Shown piece after piece: positions 47,841-57,413 of a DNA stretch of 64,000 nt. Numbering within the stretch: position 1 is the first letter of the stretch; every line of letters begins with the position of its first letter. The position numbers and the translations under genes were made by a program. The stretch is taken from positions 260,362 to 324,361 of the forward strand of contig JBAPPL010000028.1 in assembly GCA_049280095.1 (NCBI GenBank), written 5' to 3'. Source of the stretch: Candidatus Sulfotelmatobacter sp. (GTDB lineage: Bacteria; Acidobacteriota; Terriglobia; Terriglobales; Acidobacteriaceae). The notes below the pieces were generated by a model, which did no database searches, was not told the origin of the DNA, and worked only from the letters and a program-made list of their open reading frames with translations.

Positions 47841-49898
47841 TTATTGCAGATGGAGACGGCCGAGCAGGGCCTGAAAGCGTGGTTCCGGACGCAGGTTCGT
47901 CCAAACCGGGTCGACCTTGAGATAAATCAGAGCGGGCTCGGACCACCGGTAACAATCCTCAAGTGCGCTGAGCGCCGCCGCATTTCTGCCGAGCGCTGCA
48001 TTCGCCTCCGCTGACGAGCAGGAATCGATCCTGAAAGGATTCGGCCTTGCCAGACTGCCCACTTCCGGGGGCTTGGCCATCTCCTCCATGGCAGCGCGGA
48101 ACCCGCCCTGAGCATAGAGCCGCTGCAAAGATTGACCCCGGTCTGGAATACCAGAGAGACGGTCATTCTCCATGCTTTCCTTCAGCCAAAGATCGTACCG
48201 GCCGGTCTGACGATAATATTTCGCGAGGTAGAAGCGCACTGGTATGAAGTTGGGGTTCAGGGCCAGAACGCTCCTGTAGGCTTGCAACGCTGGGTCGTAA
48301 CGGCCGGCCAGATAATACCCGAACCCAGCGTCAGCGCTGATGATCAAAGAGAGCGGGTCCAATTCGCGGGCGCGCTCCAGTTCTGCGATCGCTTCTTCAT
48401 GGCGGCCTTGTGGGCCCAGCAGTAGATTGCCATACCAATGGTGGGCTCGGGCGAAGTTGGGGTTGAGCGCAATCGCCCGGCGAAACTCCTGCTCGGCACC
48501 GTGCCAATCCCAGTCATGCAGCACCTTAACCGCGGCCAGCGAGGTGTGCGCTTCGGCCAGCGTGCTGTCGAGTTGAAGTGCCTTCTCGGCGGCGGCCTCG
48601 GCCTCGGCCATGTTGCCGACGCCATCTCCATAGAGGGTTAGCAGCGTATGGCAGTCCGCCAGCCCGGAGTAGGCCAGGGCGAATTCGGGATCTTTTTCAA
48701 GCGCCTGGTTGAAATACTCGATCGCCTGGCGAAATCCTTGCACATTTCTTTGGTTCCAGGCGTAGCGGCCATGCAGGTAAAGGTCGAAGGCCTCCGGGTT
48801 CACGGCGCGCGGCCGCCGCAGCCGTCCAGTCTCTTCGGCGCTCAAATTGAGCTTCACCTGGTTGGTAATCTCCTCAGCTACACGCGCCTGCAGCGAAAGC
48901 ACGTCCTTCAGGTCGCCGTCGTAGGCTTCGGCCCAGATGTGCCGATCAGTTGCCGTCCGGATCAATTGCGCAGTGATTCTTACCCGATCCCCCGAGCGCA
49001 CCACTGAGCCTTCCACCACGGCGTCTACTCCCAACTCGCGCCCAATCTGTGGAAGCGGTTTGCGCGTCCCTTTGTATCGCATGATCGAGGTCTTCGAAAC
49101 CACCTTGAGATCGTGAAGCTGTGCCAGATCTGTGATGAGTTCATCGGTCATCCCATCGACAAAATATTCCTGGTTGGGGTCATTGGATAGATTCTGCATC
49201 GGCAGCACGGCGACCGAACGAATCGAAGCGAGGTCCGGCTCGCCGAACAGCCTCTGCTTCCAACCTGCTCCTTCCACCAAGACCACCGAAGCTACGATCG
49301 CCAGCCCACTCAAGAGTCCCGTTACCCAACCACGCGCAGCCGAGTTTCGAGTTTGGGCTCCGAATCCGCTTTCGTCCGCCGCAGAAGCCGGACGGGAATC
49401 GATCTGAGACTCCGAACTCGCCGCGGCCGCCGTCGGCAAATCCGCAGGCCTGGAGCTATCGCTTGGAGAAACTCTAAGGTGATTGCCTGAAGAACCTGGA
49501 GGAGGGGAGGAGTGCGGCTCTATGCCGTTACCGCCATTGCGGCCGTTGCCATCTCTGGGTTGGTCGGCCTTGAATTTCCGAACCTGCCCGACGAAGCGGT
49601 AGCCCCGCTTCGGTACGGTCTCAATGTAGCGCGCCCCGTCCTCCCCATCGCGCAGCACCTTGCGCACCAGGTAAACGACCTGGGTTAAGTTATTCTCCTC
49701 GACCACGGTGTCGTACCATACCGTTCTCATCAGTGCGTCTTTTTCCAGCAAACGGCCGTCGTTCTCCACCAGCACCAGAAGAGTATCGAAGGCCCGAGGC
49801 GGCAGCTCCATGCGCGCCGTGCCATGACGCAGCAGACGTTCGGCGGGGTCGAGTACGAAAGGCCCGAACTCGTAAAGGTGCCTTACTGCCTTATCCAT
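47841..49898 (-). CDS. CadC/OmpR-type winged-helix regulator with TM segment and TPR domain
   Basis: YEFGPFVLDPAERLLRHG...PRAFDTLLVLVEN...VPKRGYRF, one TM helix, and C-terminal TPR repeats. Confidence 0.8.
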   Translation of the reverse strand: MDKAVRHLYEFGPFVLDPAERLLRHGTARMELPPRAFDTLLVLVENDGRLLEKDALMRTVWYDTVVEENNLTQVVYLVRKVLRDGEDGARYIETVPKRGYRFVGQVRKFKADQPRDGNGRNGGNGIEPHSSPPPGSSGNHLRVSPSDSSRPADLPTAAAASSESQIDSRPASAADESGFGAQTRNSAARGWVTGLLSGLAIVASVVLVEGAGWKQRLFGEPDLASIRSVAVLPMQNLSNDPNQEYFVDGMTDELITDLAQLHDLKVVSKTSIMRYKGTRKPLPQIGRELGVDAVVEGSVVRSGDRVRITAQLIRTATDRHIWAEAYDGDLKDVLSLQARVAEEITNQVKLNLSAEETGRLRRPRAVNPEAFDLYLHGRYAWNQRNVQGFRQAIEYFNQALEKDPEFALAYSGLADCHTLLTLYGDGVGNMAEAEAAAEKALQLDSTLAEAHTSLAAVKVLHDWDWHGAEQEFRRAIALNPNFARAHHWYGNLLLGPQGRHEEAIAELERARELDPLSLIISADAGFGYYLAGRYDPALQAYRSVLALNPNFIPVRFYLAKYYRQTGRYDLWLKESMENDRLSGIPDRGQSLQRLYAQGGFRAAMEEMAKPPEVGSLARPNPFRIDSCSSAEANAALGRNAAALSALEDCYRWSEPALIYLKVDPVWTNLRPEPRFQALLGRLHLQ

Positions 49899-50362
49899 AG
49901 ACCCTCAGAAAATCATCACAAAAAAATGAGGTCTGCTAAGGACTTCCAGGCAGGGCGTGCGGCACAGTTGCGGACGCATCACGCAGTTGAGGACCTGGGA
50001 GTCCGTTCGGCGAGAAGTCTATTCGAGCCTGGCGATGGCTTGGAAGAGCACGAACGTGGTGGTGGGGGCCACTTTTCTCCTAGGCTCTAAGGTTCGACTG
50101 CATCGCAAGCACCGCAACTTCACAGTTTTGCCGGCTCTTTTTTCGGCCAGAAACCTCACGGTCGAAGCCGGCAAGCAGGGTCACAGGGGGAGGATTCACG
50201 GGCGCCACGGCTTTGATCTCAGCCGGTACGGGGGAGAGGGCAAAACTGCTTCGTCAAGCCTGAGAAACCCAAGCCGGAGGGCTCCGAATCCCTTCCCCGC
50301 GGCCGCTGTCTGTGCTATCCACACGAGGAAGAATCGTTGCTCTCCAGATTTCTGATCTAAAT

Positions 50363-51109
50363 CTAGAGCTGACCTACGCTGCGAAACAGCGCGGCAACTT
50401 TTTCCGGGAGAGTTTCCTCGAGCTTACGGGCTAGCCACTCCTGCAACTCCGATTTCTGCGGCGCTGCCAGAGATTGAAACTCCAGTCCCACGAGACCTTC
50501 CTGGCCACTCCAGCGCACTCTCGTTTCGGAGAATAGCTGGCTCGAGTGGCCGGGCAGGCTAAAGCGCACAGCCGTAGAGAGCGCGGGATCCGGCATGGTG
50601 CGGGTGCTGATTGCGACTCCACCCTCGCTGATGTTCACGGTTTGGCACAGGAACTCTTCGGGTTGGCGTGCTCTCACAAAAACGGGAACAGCGAGGGGGC
50701 AGCGGAAATAGCGCCGGCGTTCACGTACCACGAGTCCATACGAGGCTCGCAAAATTTGGTTGATCGAGTCAGCCGAGAGCGGCCTGGGCAACACAAAAGT
50801 CGAGTCCAGCTTGATGCCGGGCGTCTGCGCCTTGTCCCCGGCGGCGAGGGCAAAAGTCACAGCCGTGCGGTTTGAGCGGGAAAAACGCAACTGCTCCATC
50901 ACCAGCATCGCGCCCTCCCCCAGTTGGAGATCAACGACAACGGCCTCGAACTTCTGCTTATCCAGAAGGCGGGCTGCGGCAAACACTTCTTCACAAATCT
51001 CGGGGCGTATGGCGAGAGGCCGCAATGCGTCGATGATTAACTGGCAAGCGAGTGCATCCTTGGACACAACTAGCGCTGTGGCGGCTCCCGCATCTGAAGG
51101 CTCCATCAT
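50363..51109 (-). CDS. receiver-like domain plus PilZ domain protein
   Basis: RRYFRCPLAVPV...QTVNISEGGVAIST is a PilZ pattern. The N-terminal part has a CheY-like fold pattern (VVVDLQLGEG). Confidence 0.7.
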   Translation of the reverse strand: MMEPSDAGAATALVVSKDALACQLIIDALRPLAIRPEICEEVFAAARLLDKQKFEAVVVDLQLGEGAMLVMEQLRFSRSNRTAVTFALAAGDKAQTPGIKLDSTFVLPRPLSADSINQILRASYGLVVRERRRYFRCPLAVPVFVRARQPEEFLCQTVNISEGGVAISTRTMPDPALSTAVRFSLPGHSSQLFSETRVRWSGQEGLVGLEFQSLAAPQKSELQEWLARKLEETLPEKVAALFRSVGQL

Positions 51110-51378
51110 GTACTGCTCACTTTCTTGCTGCTCGGCTCGGCTCCCGGCCGGGACCAGGTGTGCACAGAACCACGCCGCCTCACACGGAGGAGCGTCACCA
51201 GCAGCGCTCCACACGCTGAGCTAAATAGGGCAAGGCCCACAAAAAGCAAATAGTTCACGTTCTGTGCTCCTGATCAGGGCCACGATGAAGGATGTGGCTT
51301 GCGGTCACTACCAGGCTGACCGATAGTCTGTCGTAGGCGGGGTTAGTGTCAATCGAATAAGTCACTAGGGATAGCATG

Positions 51379-51426
51379 AGTTACTAAGTTGAGTTTTTCA
51401 GTTATTAAGTACACAAGTTACTAAGT
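51379..51426. promoter_or_regulatory. three direct AGTTAYTAAGT repeats in an AT-rich divergent intergenic region
   Basis: AGTTACTAAGT at 51379-51389, AGTTATTAAGT at 51400-51410 and AGTTACTAAGT at 51416-51426. Confidence 0.5.
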
Positions 51427-51637
51427 CGATAACTTGTTGCGTCTTATGGTTTCAAAGAGTTCTTTGGGCGCCTCGATTGAAATGCCTGACGGATTTGCAG
51501 CGGAAGAGATCTGGCTTCGGACCGCGGAATCCAAAGATTGCTGTTTACCCTTGTGCTACGGGTGAATAGGCTGCTGACCTCAACACGGCAATAGGGTATG
51601 CTCAGTAGCATGCTGTAAATCCCCAAAGGGAGCGTGC

Positions 51638-51883
51638 ATGGCTGATCTAGATGCGGTTCTAGAGCAGTTGAGAGTGGAACGTAAACGTGCGGAGGGCGAG
51701 CTTAAACAACTGGAAAAAGTGATTGCACAGCTGAGCAAGGTAAAGATGCGAGGCCCACAGGCCTCGCTGCGCTCAGGCAAGAGCATGAAACGCCAGTTGT
51801 CGGCTGCAGCCCGCGAGCGCATCGCGGCAGCGCAAAGACGGCGCTGGGCGAAGGTGCGTGCGCTGTCCAGAAAAGCGTCGTGA
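51638..51883 (+). CDS. small basic coiled-coil protein, hypothetical
   Basis: AGGGAG Shine-Dalgarno before the ATG. 81 aa, with an N-terminal heptad-like helix and a C-terminal LSAAARERIAAAQRRRWAKVR segment. Confidence 0.55.
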   Translation: MADLDAVLEQLRVERKRAEGELKQLEKVIAQLSKVKMRGPQASLRSGKSMKRQLSAAARERIAAAQRRRWAKVRALSRKAS

Positions 51884-51958
51884 GTTCGGACGAGCCGGGT
51901 TTCCACCCTTCGTTTCCAAAGGGGTGGGAATCCGGCTGCGATTTTCAGATGCTTAAGA

Positions 51959-52690
51959 TTAATCACGTCGGTCCAGCCACTCTCCGAGTCTGCATCCGTC
52001 TTCCTCCAGCAGAAACGTTCCTGCGCCGAAACATTCCCCGAAGATGCGATGCGATTCCTGGTCGCGCGCCGCGCGCGAAATCCATTGCTTCCCCACCTGA
52101 TACTGCGAGGCCGTGAACCACTTCTGCGGCAGCACCTCCACCAGCCCCGCCTGCAGGTAGAAAACAAAAAGAGCGAATGCCGGGTCGTCATTCGACAGCG
52201 CCTTGTAGCTGGTGGGGACGATCAACTCATCAACTGTCGCCAGTTCGGCCGGCACATCAATCTTATGCATGCCCGGGCCAAGCGTCAGGGGCACCTCGAA
52301 CTCCGCGACCGGCGGCGTCTTGGCATAAATGCGATCGGAAGATTGCTTGAACCATCCGGCAATCTCAGCCAGGTCAAACGCTTCAAGCTGATCCGGATCG
52401 AAACCGGTCAGCCGAATGTTGCGTCCCTCCGGACACCAGATCCCGAGACAACTGGGCGAGGCCAGAAACGGCCGGCAATAGGTGTTCAACGCCAGCCGAA
52501 GCTGATCGGGCTCGTGCTGCAGAGCCAACGAAATTACATATCCCACCGGCCCCTGCTCGCCCTGGTGGGTCCAGGCAAATTGTTGCCCCGTGGCAGAATG
52601 AAATTGAGGGAAGGTCTTCCAATACCAGGGCGCCGGACCAACCGTACGCTCAAGTTCTTGCCGGATGCTTGCTAGATTCGGATTGGGCAC
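51959..52690 (-). CDS. hypothetical protein, no recognisable domain
   Basis: 243-aa ORF that starts 2 nt after the stop of the B12-binding mutase subunit gene. Confidence 0.6.
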   Translation of the reverse strand: MPNPNLASIRQELERTVGPAPWYWKTFPQFHSATGQQFAWTHQGEQGPVGYVISLALQHEPDQLRLALNTYCRPFLASPSCLGIWCPEGRNIRLTGFDPDQLEAFDLAEIAGWFKQSSDRIYAKTPPVAEFEVPLTLGPGMHKIDVPAELATVDELIVPTSYKALSNDDPAFALFVFYLQAGLVEVLPQKWFTASQYQVGKQWISRAARDQESHRIFGECFGAGTFLLEEDGCRLGEWLDRRD

Positions 52691-52692
52691 GA

Positions 52693-53121
52693 TCAGCCTG
52701 CGGCGGGAACGCCCGCGCCCTTCACGTTCGCGCGGATGAATTTCACGATGTCGTCCATGGCGGTGCCCGGCTGGAAGATCGCCGCCACGCCGCGTTTCTT
52801 GAGAGCATCAATATCCTGGTTGGGAATAATTCCACCCACCAGCACCAGAACGTCATCCATCTTGTTTTCTTTGATCAAGTCCATCACCCGGGGCACGATG
52901 GCATTATGCGCGCCGGAAAGAATCGACAGGCCGATGACCTGAACATCTTCCTGCAGCGCCGCGCTCACAATCATCTCGGGAGTTTGTCGCAGTCCGGTGT
53001 AAATCACTTCCATGCCGGCATCGCGCAGGGCGCGCGCAATCACTTTGGCCCCACGGTCGTGCCCGTCGAGCCCGGGCTTGGCCACGAGCACGCGAATCTT
53101 GATGTCAGGCATTCCACTCAT
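52693..53121 (-). CDS. B12-binding small subunit/domain of methylmalonyl-CoA mutase family
   Basis: [34 protein letters not shown] carries the DxHxxG cobalamin motif. Confidence 0.9.
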   Translation of the reverse strand: MSGMPDIKIRVLVAKPGLDGHDRGAKVIARALRDAGMEVIYTGLRQTPEMIVSAALQEDVQVIGLSILSGAHNAIVPRVMDLIKENKMDDVLVLVGGIIPNQDIDALKKRGVAAIFQPGTAMDDIVKFIRANVKGAGVPAAG

Positions 53122-53168
53122 TTAAACACAGCGGGTAGCGGAGAGCACAGAGGCAGCCCGCTTGCTGG

Positions 53169-53831
53169 CTAAAGGGTTTCTGTGTCCAGGCTCTTCCACA
53201 AATACCAGCACGCGACGCTGCGATAAGGCTCCCAGCGTTTTGCGATCTTTTCCATCTGCTCCGGACTGGGCAGCTTGATCTTCCGCTTGCGAATTTTCTT
53301 TTTTGCCGCCGCAGACTTCTTCGCTGCCTTCGGGCGCGGCCGATCGAGATAGTGTTTGTGTATGGCCATGCGAATCGCAAAGTCGCCTGTCGGCAGAACA
53401 TTCTCGCGCTTCAGTGTGAACATCAGAAACATCTGCGCAGTCCACACTCCAATACCCTTCACCTGGGTCAGATGTTCGACCACTTCAGCATCGGGCAGCT
53501 CCGGCAGCCGCGCGAAATCAACCAGCCCGTTTGCAGTTTTTGCCGCCAGGTCTTTCAAATACGCGGACTTCTGTTTCGACAATCCCGCACCGCGCATCTG
53601 TTCGTCGCTCAGCTTGAGGATGCCCTCCGGCGTAAGCGGCTCGCCCGCCAGCGCGGCAAAGCGCTTGAAAATGGTTTCCGCGGCTTTGCCGTTCAGTTGC
53701 TGGTAAACGATGGCCTCAGCTAGGCTGTGAAACTCCGCTGGCCCAAACTGCATGCGGCACGGCCCTAGGCGTTTGATGATTGCTCGCATGACAGGGTCGG
53801 ATTTCTTGAGATGGTTGAGTGCTCTTCGCAT
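53169..53831 (-). CDS. HhH-GPD DNA glycosylase (AlkA/3-methyladenine glycosylase II-like)
   Basis: LTQVKGIGVWTAQMFLMF (HhH), VLPTGDFAIR (catalytic Asp context), RWEPYRSVACWYLW. Contains a Lys-rich insert. Confidence 0.75.
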   Translation of the reverse strand: MRRALNHLKKSDPVMRAIIKRLGPCRMQFGPAEFHSLAEAIVYQQLNGKAAETIFKRFAALAGEPLTPEGILKLSDEQMRGAGLSKQKSAYLKDLAAKTANGLVDFARLPELPDAEVVEHLTQVKGIGVWTAQMFLMFTLKRENVLPTGDFAIRMAIHKHYLDRPRPKAAKKSAAAKKKIRKRKIKLPSPEQMEKIAKRWEPYRSVACWYLWKSLDTETL

Positions 53832-54044
53832 GGATCTATATCTTAATCACAAAGCCGGCTTGTGGCGAATAAAAAACGAATCGTCACTGCGGACACAACG
53901 AGGTGCCAGGAGGGTCGCCGATGCGCAACGGCTCGCTTAACGGGCTTGGATGCGAATGGAGGCGGCAGCGTGTCTCGGTTGGGTAAGCGTGGATCCTGGC
54001 GTGGCCTTGTGCCTTGGGCCAAAAGCCTGAGCCGCGAGGAACGA

Positions 54045-54620
54045 CTATCCGCTAGCTTTGGCAGGCGGAAGCTGGAATCCAATGCGTCGGCGCGGTGGCG
54101 GCTTGGGAGTCATGAGCTCCTTGATAGCTTCGATCAGATCCTGAATTACGGAATCGTGCGTGTCCAGCCGATTCTCCAATTGAGCGATTTTTCCCGCGAG
54201 TCGACGGTTCGTGGCCAGCATTTCACGCAAGCGCACAAAGGCGCGCACCACAAAAACGCTCATCTGAACAGCCCGTGTGGAATTCAGCACGGTTGCGGCC
54301 ATGATGGCTCCGTGCTCGGTGAACGCATGAGGCGTATACCGGCGCCCACCACGGGTTTTCTTTGAGGTCGCAAATTGCGACCTCAAAGCGGCGTTCTCCC
54401 GGTCGGTTAGCTGAAACATGAAATCAGAAGGGAATCGTTCCTGATTACGTTTTACCTGTTCGTTGAGCCGCTTCACTGGCACGCCATAAAGCCGCGCGAT
54501 GTCGACGTCGAGGATGACGCGCTGATGGCGGAGAATTACGATCCGCGATTCCACGGCGACGGCGGGCTTCGCTGGCCGTTTCGGCATCCTGAGAACGGTT
54601 GCTTTTGTCTGGTTTTTCAT
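54045..54620 (-). CDS. ORF6N-domain protein (KilA-N-related DNA-binding)
   Basis: RIVILRHQRVILDVDIARLYGVPVKRLNEQVKRNQERFPSDFMFQLT. Start is uncertain (54620 or 54644). Confidence 0.7.
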   Translation of the reverse strand: MKNQTKATVLRMPKRPAKPAVAVESRIVILRHQRVILDVDIARLYGVPVKRLNEQVKRNQERFPSDFMFQLTDRENAALRSQFATSKKTRGGRRYTPHAFTEHGAIMAATVLNSTRAVQMSVFVVRAFVRLREMLATNRRLAGKIAQLENRLDTHDSVIQDLIEAIKELMTPKPPPRRRIGFQLPPAKASG

Positions 54621-54739
54621 TTGGGTCACCATTCGTGACCTCAATCATAGTCCGAGGAAGGTGTCGTACTTTCGACAATTAAGATCTCAAGCTCTCATCC
54701 GCTTCCCATTTTGGTCTTATTCGTAGCCGCCAATTACCG

Positions 54740-56545
54740 CTAGGTGATGCTCACTTCCGTATAGGTCCCATACACCTCGCGCAGGGCTTCGCAAATCTCG
54801 CCCACCGTCGCGTACGCTCGCACGGCATCCACGATGTAGGGCATGGTGTTCGCCGTGGAAATATTTCCGGTCGTGCCAGCATTCGGCTCCTGCGCTGCAG
54901 CTTTCTTCAGCGCATCGAGTCTTCGCCGCACCTCGTCGTTCGAGCGCCGTGCCCGGAGTGCTTTCAGCTTGGCTGACTGCCGCCGCGCGACGCTCTCGTC
55001 GATATAAAGAATGTGCGGCGACTCTTCCTCGACGACGAACTCGTTCACGCCCACGATAATCTTCTCCTTCGCCTCGGCGGCGCGCTGATATTGGTAGGAG
55101 GCTTCGGCGATTTCCTTCTGTGGATAGCCGCGCTCGATGGCCTTTACCATGCCTCCCATCGTGTCCAGCTTGCCGAAGTAGTCGAACGCGCCTTTTTCCA
55201 TTTCGAGTGTCAAGTTTTCCAGGAAATACGACCCACCCAAGGGATCGACGGTCTGGGTCACTCCCGATTCGTAAGCGATGATCTGCTGCGTACGCAGAGC
55301 AATGCGGGCCGCTTCTTCGGTGGGCAGTGCCAAGGCTTCATCGTAGGAGTCGCAGTGCAGTGACTGCGTGCCGCCGAGCACCGCGGCCATAGCCTGCAGG
55401 GCAACGCGCGCGATGTTGTTCATCGGCTGCTGCGCGGGCAGCGACACTCCCGCAGTCTGCGTGTGAAAGCGCATCAGCCAGGTGCGCTGGTTCTTCGCGC
55501 CGAACCGTTCTTTCATCACCCGTCCCCAAATCTTGCGGGCCGCGCGGTATTTGGCGATCTCCTCGAAGAAGTCATTGTGCGCGTTGAAGAAAAAACTGAG
55601 GCGAGGACCGAAATCGTCAACGTCGAGGCCCCTCCTGCGAGCCCACTCGACGTACTCGATGCCGTCATACAAAGTGAACGCGAGTTCCTGCAGCGCCGTC
55701 GAGCCGGCCTCGCGAATGTGGTAGCCGCTGATGGAGATCGTGTTGAAGCGGGGCGTGAATTTCGATCCGAACTCGAAAGTGTCGATCACCAGGCGCATCG
55801 ACGGCGCTGGCGGATAAATGTATTCCTTCTGCGCGATGTATTCCTTGAGAATGTCATTCTGAATCGTGCCGGAAATCTTTTTCCAGTCCGCGCCTTGCTT
55901 CTCCGCCACCACCAGATACATTGCCCACAGCACCGACGCGGGCGAGTTGATCGTCATCGAGACTGTGGTTTTTTCCAGATCGATGCCGCCGAAAAGAATT
56001 TCCATGTCTTCGAGCGAATCAATGGCCACGCCGCACTTGCCCACTTCTCCTTCGCTGGCCGGATGATCGGAGTCATATCCCATCAGCGTGGGCAAGTCGA
56101 ATGCGACGGAAAGGCCGCCGCCGCCGTGTTCGAGCAAATACTTATAGCGCTGGTTGGTCTCCTCGGGAGAAGCGAATCCAGAGAACTGCCGCATGGTGTA
56201 GAGCTTGCCGCGATATCCCGTGGCGTGAATACCGCGAGTGAATGGCGACGTCCCGGGGAATCCGAGATATTTCTCTTCGCTCCAGTCCTCCGGAAGATCG
56301 GCCTGCGTGTAAAGGCGGCGCACCGGGACGCCTGAAACCGTGGTGAAGCGGGCGCGCCCGTGCTCGTCGAGATTCACGCCGGTGGGCGCGCCAATCGGCC
56401 GCTCGGGAGATTTCTCGAGCGTAGGCGCAAGCGTCTCCTCGGCCCACTTTCTTTCTGCAGCGGAGGGATGGCGATTGTCAAAGACATCGGCGATCGGACT
56501 TTCAGCAACCTGCGGCTTAGGCGGCTTCTTCTGTGGCATGAGCAC
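54740..56545 (-). CDS. methylmalonyl-CoA mutase family, large catalytic subunit
   Basis: [52 protein letters not shown]. Confidence 0.9.
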   Translation of the reverse strand: MLMPQKKPPKPQVAESPIADVFDNRHPSAAERKWAEETLAPTLEKSPERPIGAPTGVNLDEHGRARFTTVSGVPVRRLYTQADLPEDWSEEKYLGFPGTSPFTRGIHATGYRGKLYTMRQFSGFASPEETNQRYKYLLEHGGGGLSVAFDLPTLMGYDSDHPASEGEVGKCGVAIDSLEDMEILFGGIDLEKTTVSMTINSPASVLWAMYLVVAEKQGADWKKISGTIQNDILKEYIAQKEYIYPPAPSMRLVIDTFEFGSKFTPRFNTISISGYHIREAGSTALQELAFTLYDGIEYVEWARRRGLDVDDFGPRLSFFFNAHNDFFEEIAKYRAARKIWGRVMKERFGAKNQRTWLMRFHTQTAGVSLPAQQPMNNIARVALQAMAAVLGGTQSLHCDSYDEALALPTEEAARIALRTQQIIAYESGVTQTVDPLGGSYFLENLTLEMEKGAFDYFGKLDTMGGMVKAIERGYPQKEIAEASYQYQRAAEAKEKIIVGVNEFVVEEESPHILYIDESVARRQSAKLKALRARRSNDEVRRRLDALKKAAAQEPNAGTTGNISTANTMPYIVDAVRAYATVGEICEALREVYGTYTEVSIT

Positions 56546-56641
56546 CCCAGCGTTCTGTTGTGATCATAGGGAAGCGAGCGCGCGCGGGCAAGACGGCAGC
56601 AGGTAACCGGTACGACCGGTCGGTCAGTGCCTGACAGTGTG

Positions 56642-57409
56642 TCACTTCGGGGCGTTGCGCGAAATTTCCCACGCCTTGGCATATTTCCACGAGACGTAGC
56701 CAGCGTGGTAGAGGTGCAGCAGCAGGCCTTCGCGGCCGTCGAGGAAGCCGAGTCGGCAGAAGTAGTTGTAGGTGAACGTCGCCAGCGGCCGCAGAACGAT
56801 GTTGATGAAACTGAAGCCGCTGTGACCCTTGGCGATCGCCAACTGCGCGCCCAGCGAGGAATAACGGTTCATGTGGGCGAGATAGAGAGTGAGTGTGGGG
56901 TAGGTGTAGTGAATGAGCGCGTTCTTGAATTGGACGATCGTTTGGCGAACTTCTGGTTTCAGTTCGCAACGGTCGTGCGGGTCATGGCCGGTCACAAATC
57001 CCTGCCCACGCCTGAACAACCGCAGCTTAGGATCAGGGTAGAAACCGCCGTGGCGAATCCATCGCCCAAGAAACAGATTCTTGCGTGGGAGTTTGTAGCC
57101 GATGGCAGCGTTCGGGTTTGCGATGGCAGCGCGAATCTCTCCGGCTAGGCCCGGACTTACCTCCTCGTCCGCATCCAGCAGCAGCACCCAATCCTTGGTG
57201 CACAGCTCGATCGCATACTGTTTCTGCGCCACGTAGCCGCGCCACGCTTCCAGCACGGTGCGGGCTCCGTGCTCCCGCGCGATCTCGCAGGTGCGATCCT
57301 TCGAGCCAGAATCGACGAGCACGATCTCATCGGCCCAGCGCACGCTGGCTAGCGTGCGGCCGATATTCGCCTCTTCGTCCATCGCCACTATGGCCACGGA
57401 GATTGTCAT
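56642..57409 (-). CDS. family 2 glycosyltransferase
   Basis: ISVAIVAMDEEANIGRTLASVRWADEIVLVDSGSKDRT and LLLDADE. Confidence 0.85.
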   Translation of the reverse strand: MTISVAIVAMDEEANIGRTLASVRWADEIVLVDSGSKDRTCEIAREHGARTVLEAWRGYVAQKQYAIELCTKDWVLLLDADEEVSPGLAGEIRAAIANPNAAIGYKLPRKNLFLGRWIRHGGFYPDPKLRLFRRGQGFVTGHDPHDRCELKPEVRQTIVQFKNALIHYTYPTLTLYLAHMNRYSSLGAQLAIAKGHSGFSFINIVLRPLATFTYNYFCRLGFLDGREGLLLHLYHAGYVSWKYAKAWEISRNAPK

Positions 57410-57413
57410 AGGG

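Noticed and set aside
50236-50300. Faint resemblance to a c-di-GMP-I (GEMM) riboswitch (GGGCAAAAC...CAAGCC...CCGG) next to a PilZ gene.
   Set aside because: The conserved GACGCAAAGCC core and the tetraloop/receptor pairing are not present. The orientation would point the RNA antisense into the PilZ gene. It needs a covariance-model scan before any claim.
51580-52191. 203-aa minus-strand ORF spanning the small coiled-coil gene and the 3' end of the 243-aa gene.
   Set aside because: The translation is Arg/Cys/Ser-rich and not protein-like. It overlaps two better-supported genes.
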